From NCBI GenBank assembly GCA_045863335.1, contig BTVY01000020.1, forward strand, positions 1 to 64,000: a stretch of 64,000 nt of DNA. Reading direction: 5' to 3'. The position numbers and the translations under genes are program-made. Origin of the DNA: Candidatus Hydrogenedentota bacterium (GTDB lineage Bacteria > Hydrogenedentota > Hydrogenedentia > Hydrogenedentales > SLHB01). Below the pieces are notes generated by a model that was given only the letters and a program-made list of their open reading frames with translations, searched no databases and was not told where the DNA came from. Of the stretch, positions 38,957 through 48,246 are shown in pieces (within the stretch, counting starts at the first letter, position 1; each line of letters begins with the position of its first letter).

Positions 38957-39157
38957 CGTGATTCCTCCAATACAGAAGAGTTTGCCTCTGAATCATTCAA
39001 AACGCATCCGCCGATTATGGCGAATGACCGGGAAAGGGTCAACCGGTTTCTGGTCGAAAATCCCAAACTACGTGGACTATGATGACAATGGGAATGCAAT
39101 TTCGGGGGGGGAACCGCCACGCCGTAACCTCCCCACTCGCTACAGGAGTCATGAATA

Positions 39158-41788
39158 ATGAATGTGCTTTTGCGCTTGGGAAAAGTGATGCCGCTGGCCT
39201 GTCTTTTGGTTTCGGCGATTGCGGGTGCGGAGCCGACCACGTTTCGCGATGTCGTCGTCCACATGGCCAGCGACGTGCCGGAGGTACAGAAACGGATCGG
39301 AGATCTGCTTGTCGACCGACTTGCGGAAGTCCTCGATACGGAGGTCCGAGTGCAATCCGGCGCGTATAGCCCCGGCAACGAAGACGCTGAGACGCTCCAA
39401 ATACTATTTGGAACCATCGACACGAATCCCGACTTGGCAGCCTGGTTCGACGCAAACCGCGTCAAGCCGCTTACCTGGCTCGATCCCGGCCTGGAGGGTT
39501 ATCTCGTCCATTTCGATTCCGCTGCGGATTCAAAGTTATTGATCGCGGCCGGGCACGACGACCGGGGAACGCTCTACGCAGTTGGCGAGATTCTTCGCCA
39601 GGCCGTACTGACCCCCAATTCCATAACGCTGCCCGGCCAACTGAATACGCGTACCGCCCCTGCCTTCGAAATCCGCGGCACCCAATATGGGCAAAGTCAT
39701 ATCGCCAAGTCCAAGGCAAACGTGCGCGACTGGACCGATGCGGAAACCCAACGCTGTATTCTGGACTACGCGCTGGCCGGCGCCAACGTCTTCTCTACCG
39801 ACGCCGGTCCCATGTTCGATTTCATCAAGTCCTACGGATTGATGACGCAAGGTGGCTTTGGCGCGAACACAGGATCCGGGCCGACGGAATGGGAGGCACA
39901 GGAATCCATCGGCCGCACCGGTTATTTGTGTTTGTCAGTCCCGGAAGCGGTACAGGCGCAGGTCGAGCGATGCGAGGAGGAGTTCAAGAACGGTCCCGCC
40001 TTCGATCTCGTCAAGTTCCATGGCGGCGACGGTGGCGGCTGTGAATGCGACCGCTGCGATCCCTATGGATTGACCTTCATCAAGGTCGTCGAGCAGATGG
40101 CCAGCGCCATCCACAAGTACCATCCGGAGACACGCGTCTACATCACGAACCAGAAGTTTGACGATGCCGATGATCAAGCCATCTTCAAGTATCTACAAGA
40201 ACAGCCGAGGGAGTGGCTCTGGGCCTGGGGCTATGGGCCGGGCTCGGATGCCATGAGCTGGCAGCCCGGGCATCGTCAGACCCACGCCATGGACCTGTTC
40301 CGCTATCCCGGCTACGGCCCCTTCGACCGCTACAATCAGGAAATCGTCCATCAGTTGCCGCCGCAACAGGTCCTCGTCCATTACAACGAAATCACCCACT
40401 GGCGCTACTCGCAGCATGGCTACATCCAGATGTATCCCCGCGCCGATCGCAACGGCGACCTGCCGCCGCCCTGGAATCACTGGATCTACGAACGGCGTCC
40501 CGATCAGGCCTTGACCATGGTCTACGACCGGCTCACGTTCTACGCGTGGCCGAAGTTCTACCACTGGCTCTTCGGTGAGGTGAACCGCTACGGCGTCGGA
40601 GACATCACCCACTCCAGCGGCCATCACGATCATTTCAACCAGTGGATGTGGCAGCGGCTCCTGTGGAACCCCCACGTTAGCGTCGAGGCCGTCGTGGACG
40701 AGTATTGCCGAACCTGGTTCGGACCCGAAGCCTCGCCGTACATGGCCAAAGCGCTCTTCCTGTTGGAAGAGAATCTGGAAGAGGATCCCGAAACGCCCAT
40801 CGTGGACAAATCCGGTATCGACGAGTACTACGCATTGGTGAAGGAAGCCGGCGAGCGCATTCCCGCCCATCAGTTGGAATCGAATTGGATCTGGCGCGAG
40901 TACATGCAGAAAGGCGCGCTGGATTGGTACATCAAGCAGGACGTGCAACAGCAGGTGGTCTTGCAAGAACGGATCGAAAAACGTACCACAAAGGTCCTCG
41001 AAAGCAACAACGCTGAAAAATCGATTTCCGAAATGCTGTCCTGGTTTGACGATCTCGGCGAAACGCCGGATATGGCCGTCCTGCGTGAAGAGGCGGGACG
41101 ACTTGGCGAGGAGAGCAACGCCCTCTACGGCGTGCGCAGCGAAGGCTATTTCAATCTCGACCACGACTACATCGGACTGGGCTGGCTCAAGCGCCAGTTG
41201 GAACGCGCGCGCGATACAAGCGGCGAAGAGCGCAACGAACTGTTACGCATGATTGTCGCATACGAAGACCCGGGCGAGGGCGGTTTCTACGACAACCTGG
41301 GCACGGCAAATCCTGCGCCCAACGTGGTATTCGGCTACCCCTACGACCATGGCCAACCTTATGTGGAAGGCATGCTCGACGAAGGCAATCGCCCCAGTCA
41401 GAGGTCCATGCACTTCACGCAGAACGAAGACCAGGGTGTCACGCTCGAATACCGCGGACTCGATCCCGATGCTGCGTACCGCATCCGGTTTACCCTGGTG
41501 CGTCCCTGGTTCCAGGAACGCTACGCTCATCGCATGAACCAGAAATCGGAATCGATCTACGCCGATGACATCCTGCTGGTTCGCGAACTGGAGTTGCCGT
41601 ACATGATGAGCGACTTTTTCACCTTCGACATTCCGAGAGAAGCGACGCAGGACGGCAACGTCATCATCCGTTTTGAAAAGGCCCACGACGTTGCGACCGG
41701 AGACCGCGTGACCGTCGAACAATGGCGCAACTCCGGCGGGTGGGGCACCCTCCTGTCCGAGGCATGGCTGATGAAATCCAAAGGCTAA
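39158..41788 (+). CDS. Large secreted hypothetical protein, probable glycoside-hydrolase-like
   Basis: Signal peptide. EGY...IAAGHDDRGTLYAVGEILR resembles the GH20/GH67-type N-terminal domain. GDGGGCECDRC motif and a C-terminal beta-rich domain. Confidence 0.6.
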   Translation: MNVLLRLGKVMPLACLLVSAIAGAEPTTFRDVVVHMASDVPEVQKRIGDLLVDRLAEVLDTEVRVQSGAYSPGNEDAETLQILFGTIDTNPDLAAWFDANRVKPLTWLDPGLEGYLVHFDSAADSKLLIAAGHDDRGTLYAVGEILRQAVLTPNSITLPGQLNTRTAPAFEIRGTQYGQSHIAKSKANVRDWTDAETQRCILDYALAGANVFSTDAGPMFDFIKSYGLMTQGGFGANTGSGPTEWEAQESIGRTGYLCLSVPEAVQAQVERCEEEFKNGPAFDLVKFHGGDGGGCECDRCDPYGLTFIKVVEQMASAIHKYHPETRVYITNQKFDDADDQAIFKYLQEQPREWLWAWGYGPGSDAMSWQPGHRQTHAMDLFRYPGYGPFDRYNQEIVHQLPPQQVLVHYNEITHWRYSQHGYIQMYPRADRNGDLPPPWNHWIYERRPDQALTMVYDRLTFYAWPKFYHWLFGEVNRYGVGDITHSSGHHDHFNQWMWQRLLWNPHVSVEAVVDEYCRTWFGPEASPYMAKALFLLEENLEEDPETPIVDKSGIDEYYALVKEAGERIPAHQLESNWIWREYMQKGALDWYIKQDVQQQVVLQERIEKRTTKVLESNNAEKSISEMLSWFDDLGETPDMAVLREEAGRLGEESNALYGVRSEGYFNLDHDYIGLGWLKRQLERARDTSGEERNELLRMIVAYEDPGEGGFYDNLGTANPAPNVVFGYPYDHGQPYVEGMLDEGNRPSQRSMHFTQNEDQGVTLEYRGLDPDAAYRIRFTLVRPWFQERYAHRMNQKSESIYADDILLVRELELPYMMSDFFTFDIPREATQDGNVIIRFEKAHDVATGDRVTVEQWRNSGGWGTLLSEAWLMKSKG

Positions 41789-42516
41789 CGTTCGGCAAGC
41801 ACAGACGGAAGAACTTTAATGAGGGCATCGGCAATAAGCCGGTGCCCTCGTTCGTTCGGATGCATGCCGTCCAGCAGCAGCGACTCGTCCGGATACTCTC
41901 TCTGGCGCTTCTTGAACAATTGCCACACGTCAACCAGCGGCACTTCTTCCTCAACTGCGACATTCCGGACAACCTCCGCATAGTCGGAGAGCAGCACGTT
42001 AAAGCCCTCGGAATCGTCTGGATCGTACGGCGGCTTGCCGTAGAGTTCGATCAACTTGGGCGTCCACGCAAGCGGATTCGGCGTCATCAGGATGGGCCGG
42101 CTTCCCTGTTTCTTCAGCGTCTCCACGAAGTGCCGGAGATTGGCGCGGTAAATCTCAATCGGCACCCGCGGGTCGGTATCCCCCTTCCAGACATCGATTG
42201 CCGCATCATTTATGCCGAAAGCCACCGTCACGACATCGGCCTCCCGCCCCAACACGTCCTGCTCAAATCGCAAGCGAGCGTCGGCGGTCGAATTGCCGCC
42301 CACCCCGGCGTTGACCACCGCCACACCCGGCAATTGCTCTTGAAGCAACGTTCCAAAAATCACCAGATCGCCACGTGGTGCGGTCGTGGAATCGCCGAAC
42401 AGTACGATGGTCATGCCCTGCTGCGGGTTCGCGCGAGACGGCTCATCCGCGCCGCCTACCACTGCAGCAGCCGCCACTGCACACACGAGCAAAACGAATC
42501 GGAAACGGCTCTTCAT
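41785..42516 (-). CDS. Secreted SGNH/GDSL hydrolase
   Basis: Blocks FGDSTT, NAGVGG, FGIND and DGMHPN. Confidence 0.93.
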   Translation of the reverse strand: MKSRFRFVLLVCAVAAAAVVGGADEPSRANPQQGMTIVLFGDSTTAPRGDLVIFGTLLQEQLPGVAVVNAGVGGNSTADARLRFEQDVLGREADVVTVAFGINDAAIDVWKGDTDPRVPIEIYRANLRHFVETLKKQGSRPILMTPNPLAWTPKLIELYGKPPYDPDDSEGFNVLLSDYAEVVRNVAVEEEVPLVDVWQLFKKRQREYPDESLLLDGMHPNERGHRLIADALIKVLPSVLAER

Positions 42517-42624
42517 CGCGTGTGTCTCACCCCTTACGTTCGTGCCGCCTGCATCGGTTTGCTGGCAGCGTCAAAATATCCTATGCTCTGATGCGGGGCG
42601 GACACAACGGGCAGGGGGAATGCC

Positions 42625-44505
42625 ATGATTCGAGTTAGTATCGCGCTGATGTTGGCGGCACTACCGTCGGCTACGGGGCAAAGTGATGAATTCCCGCCGA
42701 CGTCGCCCTCCCTGCGGCTCACCATGGACCTGAATGGCGTGTGGAAATTCTATCCCGCATTCAAGGAAGTCGAAGTGAGCCATGAATTCCTGCAAGAAGG
42801 GCTCGCCCATGCCCCGTCCTATGACGATACCGCCGAGGACCGCCATTTCGGTTGGATGGAACCGGATTTCGACGACGCCGCGTGGTGGGACATCCCGGTG
42901 CCGGCCAGTTGGAACGCGCACTTCGACGATCTCTGGAGCTATGAAGGGCAAGCGTGGTACCGGAAACGAATCGCGATCCCTGCCGAGTGGCAAAGCAAAG
43001 CAGTCGCCTTCCAGTCTGACGGAAGCAACTACCGGACCGTGCTCTACGTGAATGGCGCCAAGGCCGGCGTGCATGAGGGCGGCTATACGCAGTTCACGAT
43101 TCCGATTCACGAGTATCTACGGTACGGCGAAGACAACGGCATCGCCGTCGCCGTGGACAACGAGTCCAAGCTCGAGCGCGTGCCCATGGAGCGCCATGAC
43201 TGGTGGAACCACGGCGGCCTCTATCGTCCCGTGCGGCTGTTGGCAACGAACCCGGAGCGATTTGACGATGTGATTGTCACAACGGACGCGCTGAGTGCGC
43301 CTCCATCCATCACGGTACAGGCGACGGTCTCCGCGTCATTCAAGGGCTACGCCGTCGCGCGCGTCTTGGACGCCGGTGGCGCGGAAGTTGCCTCGCAGAG
43401 ATTCGATGCTTCATCAAACTCCACTGCGGAGGCAGCGCTATCGATCCCGGATGCTCGACTATGGTATCCCGAATCGCCGTACCTGTACACGCTCCACCTG
43501 GGACTCGTTGACGCCGACTCCAACGCGTGCGTTGATACATGGCAGTCGGCCGTTGGCATACGCACCATATCCATCGACGGTGTGAAGCTGCTGCTGAACG
43601 GAAAGCCCTATCTGATCAAGGGTGTGAATCGATATGAGAATTATCCCGACACCGGCATGACCACCACGGGGCAATCACTGGAGCAGGATATCGCTTTGAT
43701 CAAAGGCCTCGGCGCCAACGCGGTCCGCTGTCACTACCCCTACGCAAACGCCACCTACGACGCATTGGACCGGGCAGGTATGCTCGCCGTCTGCGAGGTC
43801 CCGCTGTACCAATGGGGACGCATCGGCCACTCGGAAAAGAACCTCGAAGCCGCCAAGGCGCAACTCACGGAGATGGTCCGCACCTTGCGCAACCATCCCT
43901 CGGTGATGATGTGGAGCGTCAGCAACGAGAACCGGATCCATCCTCGCGAGAAGGGCGAAGAGTACGCGCGCATCTCCGAAATGGTCGCCGCGGGCAATCT
44001 CGCACTTGTGGAACTCGCGCACCAACTCGACCCCTCGCGCCCTATCATTGAACCCAGCAACGAGTGGCCCCGCGACATCGTGTTGGAAGAAACCGACCTG
44101 AATTCCGTCAACGTCTACATGGGCATTTCCGCCCCCCACGTAAAAAACCTGCCGGAGTTGCCGGGCGGCATTCGCGAGAAACTCGCGACGCTTCGTGAGA
44201 CCCACCCGGGCAAGCCGTTGCTGGTCACCGAGTTCGGATCCTGGGCCTTGTACGGTTTGAAAACGCACTACTTCCCCGGTGAGATTTACCAGGCGGAACT
44301 GTTGCGGACGGAGTGGGAGACCTTCATGAAAGAGCCCGATTTCGTCGGCGGTTTCGTGTGGTGCTTCGCGGACTCCGATGTGCACCGCCACTACTCGCGG
44401 ATCTACGAGATGCGCTGCGCCTACGGGCTGTTCGATCTCCATCGGCGCCCCAAGGAAGCGGCATCGGTCATGCGCGGACTTTGGACCAAGAGCAACGACA
44501 ACTGA
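42625..44505 (+). CDS. GH2 glycoside hydrolase (beta-glucuronidase/galactosidase-like)
   Basis: DLNGVWKF, IPVPASWN, WNHGGLYRPV, LW.PESPYLY, KGVNRYE, ANAVRCHYP, WSVSNE and VTEFG. Confidence 0.92.
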   Translation: MIRVSIALMLAALPSATGQSDEFPPTSPSLRLTMDLNGVWKFYPAFKEVEVSHEFLQEGLAHAPSYDDTAEDRHFGWMEPDFDDAAWWDIPVPASWNAHFDDLWSYEGQAWYRKRIAIPAEWQSKAVAFQSDGSNYRTVLYVNGAKAGVHEGGYTQFTIPIHEYLRYGEDNGIAVAVDNESKLERVPMERHDWWNHGGLYRPVRLLATNPERFDDVIVTTDALSAPPSITVQATVSASFKGYAVARVLDAGGAEVASQRFDASSNSTAEAALSIPDARLWYPESPYLYTLHLGLVDADSNACVDTWQSAVGIRTISIDGVKLLLNGKPYLIKGVNRYENYPDTGMTTTGQSLEQDIALIKGLGANAVRCHYPYANATYDALDRAGMLAVCEVPLYQWGRIGHSEKNLEAAKAQLTEMVRTLRNHPSVMMWSVSNENRIHPREKGEEYARISEMVAAGNLALVELAHQLDPSRPIIEPSNEWPRDIVLEETDLNSVNVYMGISAPHVKNLPELPGGIREKLATLRETHPGKPLLVTEFGSWALYGLKTHYFPGEIYQAELLRTEWETFMKEPDFVGGFVWCFADSDVHRHYSRIYEMRCAYGLFDLHRRPKEAASVMRGLWTKSNDN

Positions 44506-44538
44506 ACTATGCGTTCTCGTCAATAAGGAGAGTATCCA

Positions 44539-46833
44539 ATGTACAGCCATGGAGCGGTTCGTATCTTGACGTGGATTCTTGCGGCCGTGATCGCGGCTCC
44601 CCTCTTCGCCGAAGAGTCGAGCTTCGCCCCGCTCGTGAAAGACGGCCGTCCCACGGTCTATCTGGACCGAACCAACGCCGACGATACGATTGCGGTCGCG
44701 CTGGATGACTTCATCGCCACGATTGCCCGGATAAGCGGCGCGAAGATTCCCGCGGAACCCGGTGACGGATTAACACCGCTCTACGTCGGCGAAGCGGACC
44801 ACTTCGAGTCGCTGGAGTTCGATGTACCGAAGCTGGACCCCGAAAGCTTTGTGATCCACGTTGCGCCCGATGCCATTCACCTCATCGGCGGATCGCCCCT
44901 GGGTACGCAGCATGCCCTCTACACCGTGCTCCGCGATCTCGGGTGCCGCTGGATTATGCCCGGCGCCATCGGCGAGTGCATTCCGGAATCGAAGGATTTG
45001 GTTCTTCCGGTACAACACATGGTCGACGAACCGGACTTCCTTTTCCGCGACATCTGGTACGCCTACGGCTGTTCGCCGGAGGGGTCGCAACGCCGGGCCG
45101 AATGGCTGCGGCGCAACCGGATGAACCGTCCCGCCATCCAGCACGGGCACAATCTCACCAACACGCTCGCCGTCTTCGCGCCCTTCGAGGAACGGCCCGA
45201 ACTATACTCGTTGAACGACGGCGAGCGAAAGAAGTCGCAGATCTGCACGTCAAATCCGGAGGTAGTCGAGTTGGTGGCCAAGGCCATCGCGCAGCATCTC
45301 GATGCCCACCCCGAAACCATTGCCTACTCACTGTGTCCTGACGACAACACGGATTTCTGCGAATGCGACAACTGCACCGCGCTGGATTCCGGACGTATCG
45401 ACAGCGGCGGCAAGCCCAGCATCTCCGACCGTTATCAGGTCTTTCTGAACGGCGTGTCTGAACATCTGAAAAGCAGTCATCCGAACGTCTGGCTGACCCA
45501 CTACGCCTACAACGAGAACCATACCGATCCGCCGGTCAACACCGCCGTCGATCCAAACACGTGCATCTTCGCCACCACGAGCGTGTACTGCTCCGCGCAC
45601 GGAATCGGCGACGCCTTCTGCCCCTCGCGCGTGGCCTTCAAAGAGCTGCTGGCCCAATGGACGTCGCTGACAGACCACGTGTTCATTTACGAGTACGACC
45701 CGGTTCCCTACAGCGGCGGACTCCCCTGGCCCATGTGGGAATCGCACGCCACGGAGATGGCGGCATACAAGGCGCTCGGCGTCAAAGGCGTTTCTTTCGA
45801 AGGCCAGAACTCCTGGGCCGCCTACTTCCCGAATTACTGGCTCGCCGCGCAGTGCATGTGGGACTCCACGCTCGATGGCGATGCGCTATTCGAAGACCTC
45901 ATGCAATCGTTCTTCCGGGAAGCGGCCCCCGAGATGAGCGAGTATTACGACGCGCTCGCAGAACCGTTCCGAGGCCTTGAACGCAAGGTGGAGTGGGGTC
46001 TGTCGGAGTATCCCAAGTTTTTCACCCGTGATGTTGTGACCACCGCCGGCGAGGCCTTGGCGCGCGCGCAGGCGAGAGCCACGACGCCCGTGGTTCAGCA
46101 GCGGCTGGAAATGGTCGGTTTGTCCCATGAGGAAATGGACGCCTACGTCACGCTCCGCACCGCGGACGACTCCGTCACCTTCGAGGAATACCAGCAAGCC
46201 ATCGGCCGCCTGAACGCGGCCATCGACCGCATGGAAGCCATCAACGAGGACTACCTCCTCGCGGACATCGCCCGCGAGAAGACCGCCGTGGGAATCGCCG
46301 ATCGCTTCGCACAGGAACAAGGTTTCGTCAACCGCTGGCTCCTCTGCGGTCCCTTCGATAACCTCGGGATGGACGGCCACGACAAGGCATACCCGCCGGA
46401 ACAAGCGATCGATCTGGACGCGACCTACGAAGGTAAAGACGGCGCGCCGGTGAAGTGGCGCCCCAACCACACGCCGGAGTGGACGGGCTACGTCGACTTG
46501 TTGCCCGAGTACGACCAGACCGATTGGGTATGTGTCTATGCCCTATGCTGGGTAACACTCGACGATGGGCCCCGCGATGTCATGTTCCGAATCGGGAGCA
46601 ACGATTCCGTGAAAGCGTTCCTGAACGGCGAGGAGGTCTGGGACAACAAGATCAGCCGGCCCGCCGCGGCAGACGACGATCTCGTGCCGGTAACGCTTCC
46701 CGAGGGAACGTCCACCGTCCTCCTGAAGATCGGTCAAACCGGCAAAGATTGGGGACTCTACTTCCGCATCACCGAACGGGACTCAGACGCCATCCCCCCA
46801 GGCCTGCAAATAACCGACGAACTGGTCAACTGA
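44539..46833 (+). CDS. DUF4838-domain secreted protein with C-terminal PA14-like domain
   Basis: LGCRWIMPG, QICTSNPEVV, PDDNTDFCECDNC and YWLAAQCMWD. C-terminal RWLLCGPF...GSNDSVKAFLNG. Confidence 0.75.
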   Translation: MYSHGAVRILTWILAAVIAAPLFAEESSFAPLVKDGRPTVYLDRTNADDTIAVALDDFIATIARISGAKIPAEPGDGLTPLYVGEADHFESLEFDVPKLDPESFVIHVAPDAIHLIGGSPLGTQHALYTVLRDLGCRWIMPGAIGECIPESKDLVLPVQHMVDEPDFLFRDIWYAYGCSPEGSQRRAEWLRRNRMNRPAIQHGHNLTNTLAVFAPFEERPELYSLNDGERKKSQICTSNPEVVELVAKAIAQHLDAHPETIAYSLCPDDNTDFCECDNCTALDSGRIDSGGKPSISDRYQVFLNGVSEHLKSSHPNVWLTHYAYNENHTDPPVNTAVDPNTCIFATTSVYCSAHGIGDAFCPSRVAFKELLAQWTSLTDHVFIYEYDPVPYSGGLPWPMWESHATEMAAYKALGVKGVSFEGQNSWAAYFPNYWLAAQCMWDSTLDGDALFEDLMQSFFREAAPEMSEYYDALAEPFRGLERKVEWGLSEYPKFFTRDVVTTAGEALARAQARATTPVVQQRLEMVGLSHEEMDAYVTLRTADDSVTFEEYQQAIGRLNAAIDRMEAINEDYLLADIAREKTAVGIADRFAQEQGFVNRWLLCGPFDNLGMDGHDKAYPPEQAIDLDATYEGKDGAPVKWRPNHTPEWTGYVDLLPEYDQTDWVCVYALCWVTLDDGPRDVMFRIGSNDSVKAFLNGEEVWDNKISRPAAADDDLVPVTLPEGTSTVLLKIGQTGKDWGLYFRITERDSDAIPPGLQITDELVN

Positions 46834-46840
46834 ATTGCAT

Positions 46841-46930
46841 TCAAGGAGCACAGGCTTCCAGCCTGTGCTCCGAGGTGCCATGGCCTTCCAGGCCATGATT
46901 CGAGGTGCCACGGGCTTCCAGCCCGTGAAC
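46841..46930. repeat. Three tandem 30-bp REP-like hairpin units
   Basis: CACAGGC-TTCCA-GCCTGTG, CATGGCC-TTCCA-GGCCATG and CACGGGC-TTCCA-GCCCGTG at an exact 30-bp period between convergent genes. Confidence 0.85.
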
Positions 46931-46965
46931 CATTCATGTGCATCCTGCACATGGACTCTTCAACT

Positions 46966-48006
46966 TCACCCAAGCTTATTCCCAACCCCCACAATAATCG
47001 TCGACAGAATCAGCACCGCAATCCCCGCCGCGATCCATCTGCGCGTCACGCTGCTGCTCCCCTTCCACTCCCGAAATGCCAGCGCCCAAAGATTGCTGAA
47101 CACGATGATAAACGCCATGTGCAGCGTCCAACTGGAAAAATCGTAGCGCCCCATCTGGGTCGTGCCCATGCCGTAGAACATGAACTGGAAGTACCAGATC
47201 GTGCCGGCCAGCGCCGAGAGCACGTAGTTCCGCAGCGCCGGAGTACCGGCGAAGTTGAGATAGTCCCCCGCGCTGCGGTTTTTCCAGTTAAGATACACGC
47301 ACCAGATGCAATTCGTTTTGAATCCCCCCGCGAAGATTACGATGAGGACGGGCGTGTTCTGCCAAAGCGCGGGGGTGCCGTGCTCTACCGCAATCGCCGC
47401 GATAGGCTTCCCCGCTGCGAGCGCAAAGGCCATGCACGCGCTCATGACACCGGCAAAAATGGCGACCCACACGCCCTTTTTGAAGTTAAACTCCTGAATC
47501 GATGCCGACTTCTCGTCGTCGGATAATTCGCGCTCCTTGCGTATCCCCGCTTTACCGCACACGGCGATTCCTGCAAGGCACACACCCACACCGGCCAACA
47601 CGGTGAGCCCGGAGACGTTCGTGAACATGGGCAGCAGCGTACCATCAAAAAGCGGCGGGATGAGCGTTCCGAAAGCCGCGCAAAACCCCAACGCCAGCGC
47701 ATAGCCTAGCGACAAGCCGAGATACCGCATGGACAAGCCGAAAGTGAGTCCTCCGACTCCCCACAACACCCCGAACACATAGCTCCAGAACAGACTCGAA
47801 CCCGGCGATGCGCTTAGAATTGCCGCCGTATCCGGCGCTGCGAGCATTGCAACGATCCACGGCGCGATGATCCAACTGAATACGCCGCCTACGAGCCAGT
47901 AGCTTTCCCACGCCCAGTTGCGCACACCCTTAAACGGAATGTAGAAACTGCCCGCGGCAAATCCCCCCACCGCATGCAAGAATACCCCAAAGAATGGATT
48001 GACCAC
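46966..48006 (-). CDS. rhaT: RhaT-family L-rhamnose/proton symporter
   Basis: GSFYIPFK..RNWAWESYWL, LWGVGGLTFGLSMRYLGLSLG, GVMSACM, QFMFYGMG, SWTLHM and FREWKG. Confidence 0.9.
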   Translation of the reverse strand: MVNPFFGVFLHAVGGFAAGSFYIPFKGVRNWAWESYWLVGGVFSWIIAPWIVAMLAAPDTAAILSASPGSSLFWSYVFGVLWGVGGLTFGLSMRYLGLSLGYALALGFCAAFGTLIPPLFDGTLLPMFTNVSGLTVLAGVGVCLAGIAVCGKAGIRKERELSDDEKSASIQEFNFKKGVWVAIFAGVMSACMAFALAAGKPIAAIAVEHGTPALWQNTPVLIVIFAGGFKTNCIWCVYLNWKNRSAGDYLNFAGTPALRNYVLSALAGTIWYFQFMFYGMGTTQMGRYDFSSWTLHMAFIIVFSNLWALAFREWKGSSSVTRRWIAAGIAVLILSTIIVGVGNKLG

Positions 48007-48065
48007 GATGTCCCTCTCCCCTTCTGGACCTCAGTTCACAGAAAATGACCCTCTTGACAGTCGTA

Positions 48066-48225
48066 AGAACATCCCCCTTGATCCCCTTCAAAGGGGGAAT
48101 TATACGTAACTACACTGATCTGTATATGCGGCGTAATCTGCTCTGAAACTATGCTATTGCCGGTTTCAAACGCAACGCGAAGCGTTGCGCAAATTCCCCC
48201 TTCGAAGGGGGATCAAGGGGGATGT
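48066..48225. repeat. About 160-bp MITE/REPIN-like element, copy 1
   Basis: About 33-bp inverted arms ACATCCCCCTTGATCCCCTTCAAAGGGGGAATT (48069-48101) and AATTCCCCCTTCGAAGGGGGATCAAGGGGGATGT (48192-48225). Internal palindrome CGCAACGCGAAGCGTTGCG. Confidence 0.85.
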
Positions 48226-48246
48226 AAGGCAAAGCGCCAAGGACGA

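Noticed and set aside
46841-46930. The 30-bp periodic array as a CRISPR array
   Set aside because: The units are contiguous with no unique spacers, the repeats vary in the stem, and there are no cas genes.
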